Source: an uncultured Chthonomonadaceae bacterium (GTDB lineage: Bacteria; Armatimonadota; Chthonomonadetes; Chthonomonadales; Chthonomonadaceae). Taken from it: DNA of 64,000 nt. Below are positions 42,487 through 52,223 of the stretch, in pieces. A program made the translations under genes and the position numbers. How positions within the stretch are numbered: position 1 is the stretch's first letter; each line of letters starts with the position of its first letter. The stretch is from NCBI GenBank assembly GCA_963835065.1, contig CAWIEK010000041.1, forward strand, positions 128,001 to 192,000, in the 5' to 3' direction. Under the pieces are notes generated by a model. The model was not told the DNA's origin and ran no database searches. It saw nothing but the letters and a program-made list of their open reading frames with translations.

Positions 42487-45054
42487 ATGCCTACCGTTCA
42501 TGCTTTTCACGTCGTGCCCGCGCTGCCCGACTCGCTTGACCGCCTGCGCGAACTGGCGTTCAATATCCAATGGGCCTGGAACCATGAGGCCATCGAACTG
42601 TTCCGAAGACTGGACCGCGACCTGTGGGAAAGCAGCGGGCACAACCCCGTCCGCATGTTGGGCACGATTTCACAGGAGCGATTGCGCGAAATCGCGCAGG
42701 ATGACGGCTTTCTGGCCGAACTGGACCGGGTTCGTTATGGCCTGGAAAACTATCTGAAAGCGCAAAACACGTGGTTTACGCGCAACTGGAAAGACAAAGT
42801 TTCGCCCGACACGCGCATTGCCTACTTTTCTATGGAATTCGGCATGACGGAGTGCTTGCCGATTTATTCCGGCGGTTTGGGCGTTCTTTCCGGGGATCAT
42901 CTTAAGTCGTCGAGCGATCTGGGATTGCCGCTTGTGGGCGTCGGCTTGCTGTACCAGCAGGGCTATTTCCGGCAGTTCCTCAACGCGGAAGGCTGGCAGC
43001 AGGAGCGCTACCCGACCAACGATTTTTACAACATGCCGATGCAGTTGCAGACGGACGCGAACGGCAAGCCCCTGCGCATTTGCGTGGAGTTTCCGGGCCG
43101 CAACGTGTACGCGCAAATCTGGAAAATCGCCGTTGGGCGCATCCCGCTGTATCTGCTCGACACCAACATTGACGCCAACAACTACGAAGACCAGAACATC
43201 ACGGATCAGTTGTACGGCGGCGATACGGAAATGCGCTTGAAGCAGGAGTTGATTTTGGGCATCGGCGGGATGCGCGCTTTGAACGCGCTGGACATTCAGC
43301 CGACCATCTGCCACATGAACGAAGGCCACTCGGCGTTTATGGCGTTTGAGCGCACCCGCATGTTGATGCAGCAGAACGGCTGCGACTACTGGCATGCCCG
43401 CGAAGCCACCGCTGCGGGCAATCTGTTCACCACGCACACGCCCGTTCCCGCCGGCTTCGATATGTTCCCGCCTGACCTGCTGGGCCGCTATTTCGGCGGC
43501 TATATCGGGCAGCTTGGCATTACGTTCAATGAGTTTATCAACCTGGGCCGCTACCACGAATACAACACGGACGAAAAGTTTAATATGGCGATCATGGCGC
43601 TGCGCCACGCGCACCACGTCAACGGCGTCAGCAAACTGCACGGCAAAGTAACGCGGCGCATGGTGCAAATCGGCTTTCCGCAGTTCCCGGAAGAGGAAGT
43701 GCCGGTCAGCAGCGTCACGAACGGCATCCACGCGCGCTCGTTCACATCCCGCGAAATGGCGAACGTGCTGGATCAGTATTTAGGCGGGCGCTGGTCGCAG
43801 GACGTGAGCGGCGAGGGCGTGTGGAGCAAGATAAACAGCATCCCGGACGAGGAAATCTGGCGCGTGAAGCAGCGTCGGCGCGAAAAACTGGTGCAGTTTG
43901 CGCGCGAACGGCTGAAACTGCAATACGAGCAGCGGGGCATGAGCGAGTACGAAATCCGCCGGACGCGCGAAATCCTGCACCCGGACGCGCTGACCATCGG
44001 CTTCGCCCGCCGCTTCGCCACCTACAAACGCGCTACCCTCCTGCTGTCCGACCCCGAACGGCTGATTAAGATGTTGACGGACGCGGATCGTCCCGTGCAG
44101 ATTATCATGGCGGGCAAGGCGCACCCCAAGGATGATGGCGGCAAGCATCTGATTCAGGAAATCGTGCAGTTTGCCCGCAAATCCGACGCGCGCCACCGCT
44201 TTGTCTTTCTGGAAGATTACGACCTTGCCCTTGCGCGGCAAATGGTGCAGGGCGTGGATGTGTGGCTCAATACGCCCCGCCGCCCGATGGAAGCCAGCGG
44301 CACGAGCGGCATGAAAGTGCTTGCCAACGGCGGCCTGAACCTTTCCATTCCCGACGGCTGGTGGGCGGAAGTGGAGGAAAAGGGCGTGGGCTGGTTCATC
44401 GGCAAGGGCGAGGATTACGCCGACCCGGACGAGCAGGATCGGGTAGAAGCCCGCGTCCTTTACGACATTCTGGAAAAAGAAGTCGTGCCCCTGTTTTACG
44501 ACCGGGCGGGCGACAGCCTGCCGCGCGGCTGGATGTCCCGCGTGAAAAACTCCATGAGCCAGTTGTGTCCCAAGTTCAACACGCACCGCATGGTGTCGGA
44601 GTACGCCACGAGTTTCTACTTCCCGGCAACCGAGCGGTTCCAGCGCTTGACGCAGGACGGTTTGGGGCAGGCAAAAGAACTGGTGGACTGGAAGAACCGC
44701 GTCCGCGATAAATGGGGCCAACTGCACATTGACAACGTGGAATCGCAAAAAACGGGCGACGACACGATTTCCGCCGGGCAGTCGGTGCATATCAAGGCGT
44801 CCGTGCAATTGGGCGACCTGACGCCCCGCGACATTATTGTTCAAGCCTACTACGGCGCGCTCGACTTCAACCACCAGATTACGAGCGGAACCGCCGTGCC
44901 GATGGAATGGACGGGCGCGCAGGACGGGCGCAACATCTACGAGGGCGACCTGCCCACGACCAACAGCGGGATGCAGGGCTTTTCCGTGCGCGTCCTGCCC
45001 ACGCACCCCGACGCCCTGATGCCTATCGAACTGCCGCTCATTACGTGGGAGTAG
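42487..45054 (+). CDS. glgP: Alpha-glucan (glycogen/starch) phosphorylase, intact
   Basis: YFSMEFG, YSGGLGVL.GD, HMNEGH, FTTHTP, FARRFATYKR and the PLP motif EASGTSGMK; GAGGAG RBS. Confidence 0.97.
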   Translation: MPTVHAFHVVPALPDSLDRLRELAFNIQWAWNHEAIELFRRLDRDLWESSGHNPVRMLGTISQERLREIAQDDGFLAELDRVRYGLENYLKAQNTWFTRNWKDKVSPDTRIAYFSMEFGMTECLPIYSGGLGVLSGDHLKSSSDLGLPLVGVGLLYQQGYFRQFLNAEGWQQERYPTNDFYNMPMQLQTDANGKPLRICVEFPGRNVYAQIWKIAVGRIPLYLLDTNIDANNYEDQNITDQLYGGDTEMRLKQELILGIGGMRALNALDIQPTICHMNEGHSAFMAFERTRMLMQQNGCDYWHAREATAAGNLFTTHTPVPAGFDMFPPDLLGRYFGGYIGQLGITFNEFINLGRYHEYNTDEKFNMAIMALRHAHHVNGVSKLHGKVTRRMVQIGFPQFPEEEVPVSSVTNGIHARSFTSREMANVLDQYLGGRWSQDVSGEGVWSKINSIPDEEIWRVKQRRREKLVQFARERLKLQYEQRGMSEYEIRRTREILHPDALTIGFARRFATYKRATLLLSDPERLIKMLTDADRPVQIIMAGKAHPKDDGGKHLIQEIVQFARKSDARHRFVFLEDYDLALARQMVQGVDVWLNTPRRPMEASGTSGMKVLANGGLNLSIPDGWWAEVEEKGVGWFIGKGEDYADPDEQDRVEARVLYDILEKEVVPLFYDRAGDSLPRGWMSRVKNSMSQLCPKFNTHRMVSEYATSFYFPATERFQRLTQDGLGQAKELVDWKNRVRDKWGQLHIDNVESQKTGDDTISAGQSVHIKASVQLGDLTPRDIIVQAYYGALDFNHQITSGTAVPMEWTGAQDGRNIYEGDLPTTNSGMQGFSVRVLPTHPDALMPIELPLITWE

Positions 45055-45064
45055 GAGAAGATTC

Positions 45065-45205
45065 ACCACCCGCTGCGCTAGAGACACAGAGACACAGAGG
45101 TTTCACTGAGAAAAGAAAAACGTCGCGGTTCCCATCACTCCTCTTCTCCTTTTCTTCCTCTGTGTTCCCTCTCTGTGTCTCTGTGTCTCTAGCGCAGCGG
45201 GTGGT
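45065..45205. repeat. Long hairpin element with 35-bp arms (copy 2)
   Basis: Same arms as 39928..40074, with a 6-bp shorter loop. Confidence 0.9.
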
Positions 45206-45210
45206 TCATT

Positions 45211-45561
45211 CTAGTTCTTCAAGGTGACAGTTCGGCGTTTCAGGTCGGCGATGCTGACGAGGACGATGTAGCGCAGGCGGAACTCGCCGGGCGTACCGGG
45301 CGCGCTTAGTTTTTTGGCGTCACCGGTCAGGCTCTGGTACATCAGGTCGCGGGTTTCCAGATGGCGGCGCGACACGTCTTCCGGCAGCGAGTCGAGGTCA
45401 ACGTCAATGGCGGCTTGCTGCGTTTCGCCCGTGCCGTACAGTTTGAAAACCGTGCCGGACAAATTCCGGTAATGTGAAAAATACAATCCGCTTTTCGCGT
45501 CGGCGGCAACCGCAGGCCGCTCCACAATCTTGACCGCTTCCCCCTCCTGCAAGCGCAGCAT
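45211..45561 (-). CDS. Hypothetical protein, copy 2
   Basis: 116 aa, identical protein to 40080..40430. Confidence 0.8.
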   Translation of the reverse strand: MLRLQEGEAVKIVERPAVAADAKSGLYFSHYRNLSGTVFKLYGTGETQQAAIDVDLDSLPEDVSRRHLETRDLMYQSLTGDAKKLSAPGTPGEFRLRYIVLVSIADLKRRTVTLKN

Positions 45562-45688
45562 GGTTCAACCCTCCTGATGGTAAACAAAAGACAAGCAAAA
45601 TGGATGACGGCGGCAATGTTCCGGCACTACACACCGTCAAATGTATACTACATACTTAGTATAGCAGCCGGAAAGGAGGATTGCAACA

Positions 45689-46685
45689 TCAGGAGGACAA
45701 TGAAATTATTTTTTGCGCAAGGTATACAAATGGCGCTTTTGGACGTATAATAGTTTGTGCCTGATCAGGCACACCGCCCAACCGTGGAGACGTTGACAAT
45801 GCCTGCAAGGCGTCAACGAAGTCAGGGCCAGCCTGCCGCTTTTGAAATCCGTTTGTGGAAGGGTTGTTTGACCACGCAAGTTGTCCCAGCGGCTTACCTC
45901 CGCTCAGACTTAAATCCCTGGCCGTGTTGTTTTCATAAACCGTTTTTGCTAAAATGGCGAGCTTTCCATCCGAGGAGACTGCGCCATGACTGGACATGTG
46001 GCGGGAGTCAAGATCAGCTTCTGGCTGCTCTGTCCCATCTCACGAGTGGCCGAGACTTGAAGCCAAGCGATTTGAATGCCTTGGCCGCAGTCTCTATAGG
46101 CTTCCACGATGTGTGCAAGGCGGAAATCGTGGCATGAAGTTCCTTATCTGTGAAGGGATGTGGCTGCCCGGTCGCAACGGGAACGGCATAATAAGGCTGT
46201 TTTTGCGGTACCCCTGCTTTAGAAACCAGACGTGTGCGAAACCAGATTTCATCGGCATTTAGCCAATCACAATCTTCATAGAACGCGCGTGAAGGATTGC
46301 TCACGTTCACGAGAAGCCTGCCATCGCGGACATCGTAGACGCAGAGTGCCGAATATGCTCCGTCTCGCCAGATTCCGATCCAATGACACATCAGAAAACG
46401 TAAATCGGGCGAGAGAATGGCAGATACTAATCTTGGCGCTCGGTCTCGGTCTCGTTTGAGTGCGGTCTCATCCAGTTTGAGCGCATCATTTTGCAGATTT
46501 ACCACCTGTGGGCTACTGATCCCATTTTGGCCCGGCAGGCCAACGTAATGCCGAAGGGTCATGTAGGCGGGTATGCCGGACACTGTCCATACTTCAACTC
46601 CCTGCTGTGTGTTCGCGTAGCATGTGTTGCTAAGGCAGATAAGGAACAAGAAAGGTATTAGTCGGTAAAGGCATGTGATGTGCAT
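45689..46685 (-). CDS. Putative secreted beta-propeller-like protein, probably one gene frameshifted near 46010
   Basis: AGGAGA RBS and signal peptide ...LSNTCYA; LSPDLRFL in the first ORF; VSSDGKLA and GQLAWS in the downstream ORF 45689-45997. Confidence 0.5.
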
Positions 46686-47107
46686 TTGTATTTCTCCTGA
46701 ATTGGCGCGTTCTTCCATGCCCATCGGCGCTTTCAACTTACCTGTTAATGGCAGCCTGGGCTTGTGCTTCCATAAAGCGCGAAGCGGGTTGTTAGCAGAA
46801 TACTCCTATATTCACGTTCTTCGACACTTCTCCTGCTCGTAAGAAACCGCCTGGGTATCTCACAAATGCTAAGATTGTCAGTTTTGATACTGTCCGAATA
46901 GCGTTTATTTTATCCTTTGCGCCTCGTCCGTCAAAACTGCTTGCGGAACAGGGTTGCCATAAGAGCATCTTAAGCCGTTATAATGAAACTACCCTTGTGT
47001 TCAATTGTCTTATAAAGCAGGATTGAAGCCCACGCCGTTGCCATTCGCTGCTTAGCGGCGCTTATATTTGCCTGCTTTTGCCCTGTTACTTACTGCCGAG
47101 GAAATTT

Positions 47108-48547
47108 ATGCGTTTGTCACACAACTTTTCAATCCTCTCCACTTTTACCCTTCGCGCCTGCTGCTGCTGAGTGCGCTGGCGGGAACATTGCTGCCGCCTT
47201 TACCTTGCGCCCGCCCGCGCTGACGATGCCAAGCCTGCGCTGCCAATTGCGCCCATCAGTTATTACAAGCAGATTCGTCCGCTCATTCAGGCCAAGTGTC
47301 AGGGCTGCCATCAGGCCAGTATTCCGAGCGGCAAGTACGTGATGACTTCCTATGCCGACGTGATGAAGGGCGGGGCGAGCGGGGCGTGTATCGTCCGCAA
47401 AAAGCCCGAAACTAGCCCGGTGATGGAATATCTGACGGGCAAGCGCGACCTGATGCCCAAAGGCGGGCCGCCGCTTTCCAATCAGGAATTGGCGTTGTTC
47501 CGTTCGTGGATCGCGCAGGGCGCAGCCGATGATTCGCCCGTCATCAAAGACACCATTGACGCCGCGCACCCGCCCGTGTACATCAAGCCGCCCGTGATTA
47601 CCGCGCTTGCGTTTGCCAATGACGGCAAAACGCTGGCGGTATCGGGGTATCGGGAAATTCTGCTGCACAAGGCGGACGGTTCCGGCCTGATTGCGCGGCT
47701 TATCGGGCAGTCCGAAAAGATTTTATCGCTTGCGTATTCGCCTGACGGCAAGCTGCTGGCGGCTGTCGGCGGTTCCCCGGCGCGTTCGGGCGAGATTCAG
47801 TTTTGGGATACCACGACAAACCAGGCCGTGAATACGGTTCAAATGACGGCTGATACCCTGTTCGGCGCGTCGTTTTCGCCCGACAGCAAGGATTTGGCGT
47901 TCGGGTGCGCCGACAACAGCCTGCGAGTGGTTGCGGTTCCCGATGGACGGCAACTGATGCGGCTGGACAACCACAGCGATTGGGTGTTTGCCACCGCGTT
48001 CATGGAGGACGACAAGCACAACCTGCATGTGTTAAGCACGGGGCGCGACTCGGCCATCAAATTGACGCAGGTGCAGGGCGCGTCGTTCATTGATGACATC
48101 AACACGCACACCAGCCCGTATCGCTGCATGGCGCGTAACCCCAAAGCGGATCAAGTGGTCTGCGCCGGTGACGACGGCATCCCGCGCCTGTACAAAGTGT
48201 TCCGCACATCCGTTCGCACGATGAATCAGGAAGACCACAATCTGCTGCGCATGTTCGAGCGGCAGCCCGGTGTCGCCACCTGCATCGCGTTCAGCCCCGA
48301 TGGTACAATGATTGCGGTGGGCGGCGAAGCCGAAGTCGTAAACGTGTACAAAGCGGCGGACGGCGCGAAGGTCGCCACACTGAAAGGCCATTCCGGCGTT
48401 TTGTACGCCCTGACCTTCAGCCCCGACAGCAAGCAACTGGCAACGGGCGGCTTCGACGGCCAAGTCCGCCTGTACAACCTGCCCAAAGGCGAACTCGCCA
48501 AAGCCTTTACGCCCGTCCCACTCGCCATCAAACGCGCATCAAAGTAA
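47108..48547 (+). CDS. Planctomycete-type cytochrome c domain + WD40 repeat protein (5' end has apparent compensating frameshifts)
   Basis: IRPLIQAKCQGCH...MP...WIAQGA and WD40 repeats (LKGHSGVLYALTFSPDSKQLATGGFDGQVRLY). Signal peptide RLLLLSALAGTLLP lies in an adjacent frame at ~47155-47200. Confidence 0.88.
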
Positions 48548-48594
48548 GATGTTTTTTTCTATTTTACTTCGGACTTATCGAGGATAATGCTCTT

Positions 48595-51075
48595 ATGCCT
48601 ACATTACGAACTTTGTTTTTGCCGTTTCTGGCGGCTTGCTGTACGCTGGTTGCCGTTGCCCATGCGGAAGAAGCGGCTCCGAAAAAGCCCACCCTGCCTA
48701 AAATCGTCAGTCTGTCCGTGCAGCCTGCTTCGCTGACGCTGATGGACAGCCGGGACGCGCGCTCGTTTATCGTGACGGGCAAAACCACGTCGGGATACGC
48801 GGTAGATTTGTCATCGCTTGCAATCGTGAAGCCTGCCGCGCCGATTGTGCGCGTGGATAAGGATGGGTACGTGCAGCCGGTCAAGACGGGCGCAACGCGG
48901 CTGACGGTTTCCGCAGCGGGGCAGACGGCGAGCGTGCCTGTCGTGGTGAAAAGCGTGTCCGCGCCGCCCATCAGTTTCGTGCGCGACGTGGAGCCGATTT
49001 TGAGCAAGGCCGGCTGCAACGCGGGCACGTGTCACGGCTCGGCAAAGGGCAAGAACGGCTTCAAGCTGAGTCTGCGCGGCTACGACCCCGATTACGATCA
49101 CCACGCCCTCATTGACGACATCGAAGCGCGGCGCTTCAACCGCACCGCCCCGGCGCAATCGCTGATGCTGCTCAAGCCGATTGGCGAAGTGCCGCATCAG
49201 GGCGGGCAAGCGATTATTCCCAACTCGCGCTATTACGCCATTTTGAAGCAGTGGATCAGCGAGGGAGTGGTTTCCGATACCGGCAGGACAAAGCGCGTGG
49301 CAAGTCTGGAAGTGCTGCCCACGATTCCCAACCTCACGCTTCCCGGCCTGACGCAGAAGACGCTGGTTCTGGCGCATTACCCGGATGGCACGACAAGAGA
49401 TGTAACCCGCGAGGCCGTGCTGACAAGCAGTATGCCCGAAACCGCAACCGTGAAGCCAACCGGCGAGATTACCGCTGTTCGGAGGGGGGAAGCGGCTCTG
49501 CTCGTGCGCTACGAAGGCACGTATGCCACTACGCCGCTTACCGTTTTGGGAGACCGAACGGGCTACAAGTGGGCGAAGGTTACGGACAACAACTACATTG
49601 ACGCGCTGGTAGACAAGAAACTGCAAAAGATCAAGGCGTTGCCGTCCGGCCTGTGCGACGATGCCACGTTCCTGCGCCGCGTTTCTATTGACCTGACCGG
49701 CCTACCGCCCACCTCGGACGCCGCCCGCGCGTTCATTGAAGACAAAACGCCTACGCAGATGAAGCGCGAAAAGATGATTGACGCGCTGCTGGCTTCGCCC
49801 GCGTTTGCGGATCGCTGGACCAACAAATGGGCCGACCTGCTGGACTGCAACAGCAAATTTTTGGGCGACAAGGGCGTCCGCAAGTTCCGCAACTGGATAC
49901 ATTCTGCGGTTGCCGAAAACATGCCCTATGACAAGTTCGTCCGCGCCATGATTACCGCAACCGGTGACGCTTACGAGAACGCGCCCGCCAACTATTTGCG
50001 CGTCGTCCGCGATACGTCTACGGCAACCGAAAACGTCACGCAGTTGTTTTTGGGCGTCCGCTTTTCCTGCAACAAGTGCCACGACCATCCCTTCGAGCGC
50101 TGGACGCAGAACCAGTATTACCAGTTCGGCGCGTTCTTCTCGCAGGTCAGCTTCAAGCCGGGAACGCAGCCGGGAGACGAGGTGGTGTACGATAAAGCGG
50201 GAACTGAAGTGATGCACCCGAAAACCGCGATGGCCGTTGCGCCCCTGGTTCCCGTCGGGCATCTGGCACACACAGCGGACTTCAAAACCGGAACCGAGCG
50301 CCGGGACGCTTTTGCCGACTGGCTCACGTCCAAAGACAACCCGTTCTTTTCGCGGGCGATGGTAAACCGGCTGTGGAGCTACTTCCTGGGCAAAGGCATC
50401 ATTGACCCGGTTGACGACATTCGCGCCTCCAACCCGCCGAGCAACCCGGAACTGCTGGAAATGCTGAACAAGGATTTCGTGACCAGCGGCTTCGACCTGA
50501 AATACATGATGCGGCAAATCGTCTTGTCTCGAACCTATCAGGCGTCCATCCAGAGCAATAAGTGGAACGCGGACGACAAGAACAACTTTTCCCACGCCCT
50601 GCCGCGCCGCCTGGAAGCCGAACAGCTTTACGACGCCATTCACATGGCAACGGGCACGGACGCGCAATTCGTCGGCCTGCCGACGGGAACGTTCGCCCAG
50701 GCCCTGCCCGACGCCAAATCCGCTGCGGGGGATGGCTTTCTCGACCTGTTCGGCAAGCCCGCCCGCGACACGCCCTGCGAGTGTGAGCGTTCCAGCACGG
50801 TCAGTCTGGGACAGGCCCTCAACCTCATCAACGGCCCGACCATTTCCGACGCCATTGCCGCCCCGACAGGCCGGTTGGCGCTGCTGATGAAGCCCAGCCC
50901 CTCCGACCAGAAGCTGGTGGAAGAGATATTCCTGTCCGTCGTGTCGCGCCTGCCAACCGCAAAGGAAATGACCAACGCGCAAGACCACCTCAAAAAGTCG
51001 GCAACGCGCATGGAAGGCGCGCAGGACTTGATGTGGGCGCTCATCAACAGCCCCGCCTTCCTCTTCAACCGCTAA
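48595..51075 (+). CDS. DUF1549/DUF1553 (PSCyt2/PSD1) protein with Ig-like domains
   Basis: GCNAGTCHG, FLRRVSIDLTG.PP, CNKCHDHPF, VNRLWSYFLGKGI, SNPELL, RRLEAEQLYD, CECER, WALINSPAF. Confidence 0.93.
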   Translation: MPTLRTLFLPFLAACCTLVAVAHAEEAAPKKPTLPKIVSLSVQPASLTLMDSRDARSFIVTGKTTSGYAVDLSSLAIVKPAAPIVRVDKDGYVQPVKTGATRLTVSAAGQTASVPVVVKSVSAPPISFVRDVEPILSKAGCNAGTCHGSAKGKNGFKLSLRGYDPDYDHHALIDDIEARRFNRTAPAQSLMLLKPIGEVPHQGGQAIIPNSRYYAILKQWISEGVVSDTGRTKRVASLEVLPTIPNLTLPGLTQKTLVLAHYPDGTTRDVTREAVLTSSMPETATVKPTGEITAVRRGEAALLVRYEGTYATTPLTVLGDRTGYKWAKVTDNNYIDALVDKKLQKIKALPSGLCDDATFLRRVSIDLTGLPPTSDAARAFIEDKTPTQMKREKMIDALLASPAFADRWTNKWADLLDCNSKFLGDKGVRKFRNWIHSAVAENMPYDKFVRAMITATGDAYENAPANYLRVVRDTSTATENVTQLFLGVRFSCNKCHDHPFERWTQNQYYQFGAFFSQVSFKPGTQPGDEVVYDKAGTEVMHPKTAMAVAPLVPVGHLAHTADFKTGTERRDAFADWLTSKDNPFFSRAMVNRLWSYFLGKGIIDPVDDIRASNPPSNPELLEMLNKDFVTSGFDLKYMMRQIVLSRTYQASIQSNKWNADDKNNFSHALPRRLEAEQLYDAIHMATGTDAQFVGLPTGTFAQALPDAKSAAGDGFLDLFGKPARDTPCECERSSTVSLGQALNLINGPTISDAIAAPTGRLALLMKPSPSDQKLVEEIFLSVVSRLPTAKEMTNAQDHLKKSATRMEGAQDLMWALINSPAFLFNR

Positions 51076-51207
51076 TCGGCTTGTAATCGTTTGTGCGTAA
51101 GAGAAAAAACCTGCATCAACGCGGCATCGTTGAAATCATAAAATCAAATCCATTCCTCCCCCGTGCATTAGCCGGGGGAGGAATGGATTTCTTGTTGGGA
51201 ACCTTTT

Positions 51208-51993
51208 GTGTCCGCAAAAGGCTTTCCAATCAAAAACCTTCCGTTCTCCATCCTTCTTGATCTTGCGCGGTTTTCTATTGCCGAAGTGCTGGAATGCAGC
51301 GCCGCCCTGAGCAAAATCGGGGCAGGCGCGCGCAGCATGGAAGAACTCGCGCAGGCCATCGCCGCGTACCTGTACGACAATTTGGGCGAACCGCAAACAG
51401 GCGAGAAATCCTGCGCCCTCGCGCGCTTTTACAAAACGCACGACTTCGGGCAACTGCCGATTTTATTGCGCGGCTTTGCCCGAAATGCGGCAGGCGGCGT
51501 ACCGATACAGCCGGAAACCAAATGCCTGACGCTGCTGGCGACGGTGGGCGACAGGCCGGAGTGGAATGACCGGGCGCGCTCCCTGCGCCATCAGGCGATT
51601 CCCCTGCTGAGTGAGCAAATGGTGAGGCAGTCGCCGATGATTGCAAGTCTGATTCAGCAAATGGGCCTGCAAATCCGGGATGTGATCGCGCCCGGACAGG
51701 GCCTGCTGATGGAAGACGCCAATAAACGCAGCTACAACGTTTTTTACGTGCCGGAAGCCGGGGGCAGTCCCTACATTCCCGCGCAGCAGGATTTTGTCGC
51801 GCCGTATGGCATCCGCTCGGTCATCGGTTTCGGCGGTCTGCTACCCTCGCAGGAGTTATTTGTCGTGATTTTATTCTCCAAAACGGCGATTTCGGCGGAA
51901 GCGGCCAGCCTGTTCAAGTCCATTGCGCTGTCCGTAAAAGGCAGCCTGCTGCCGCTGGCGCGTGGAACGGTTTTTGCTTCCAAAACGGGGTAG
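51208..51993 (+). CDS. Conserved hypothetical protein (possibly GAF-like)
   Basis: 261-aa ORF with host-like codon usage; ARFYKTH, CLTLLATVG, FYVPEA.GSPYIPAQQDFV..YGIRSVIGFGG. Confidence 0.75.
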   Translation: MSAKGFPIKNLPFSILLDLARFSIAEVLECSAALSKIGAGARSMEELAQAIAAYLYDNLGEPQTGEKSCALARFYKTHDFGQLPILLRGFARNAAGGVPIQPETKCLTLLATVGDRPEWNDRARSLRHQAIPLLSEQMVRQSPMIASLIQQMGLQIRDVIAPGQGLLMEDANKRSYNVFYVPEAGGSPYIPAQQDFVAPYGIRSVIGFGGLLPSQELFVVILFSKTAISAEAASLFKSIALSVKGSLLPLARGTVFASKTG

Positions 51994-52223
51994 GAAGGTA
52001 TTAGGATAGAAGATGGAATATAGGAAGCCTGAATACCGAACGCCTGAACACCTGAACACCCGAACTTGAACTTTATCATGCCCTGAACGTCAAGACGCGC
52101 AGGGAAGAGTGCCTGTTTTTCACGCTCAGGACGGCGTATGGCCTCATTTGAGGAACTCCGTCGTGTTCCGGCATGTCCCTAAACAAGCAGTTCAATACAA
52201 CAGGAATAAAGGGGTAGGAAACC

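Larger units (their letters stand above)
40559..45689. repeat. Tandem duplication, copy 2 (5131 bp)
   Basis: Directly abuts copy 1. The 9-bp length difference is accounted for by the visible indels. Confidence 0.95.
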
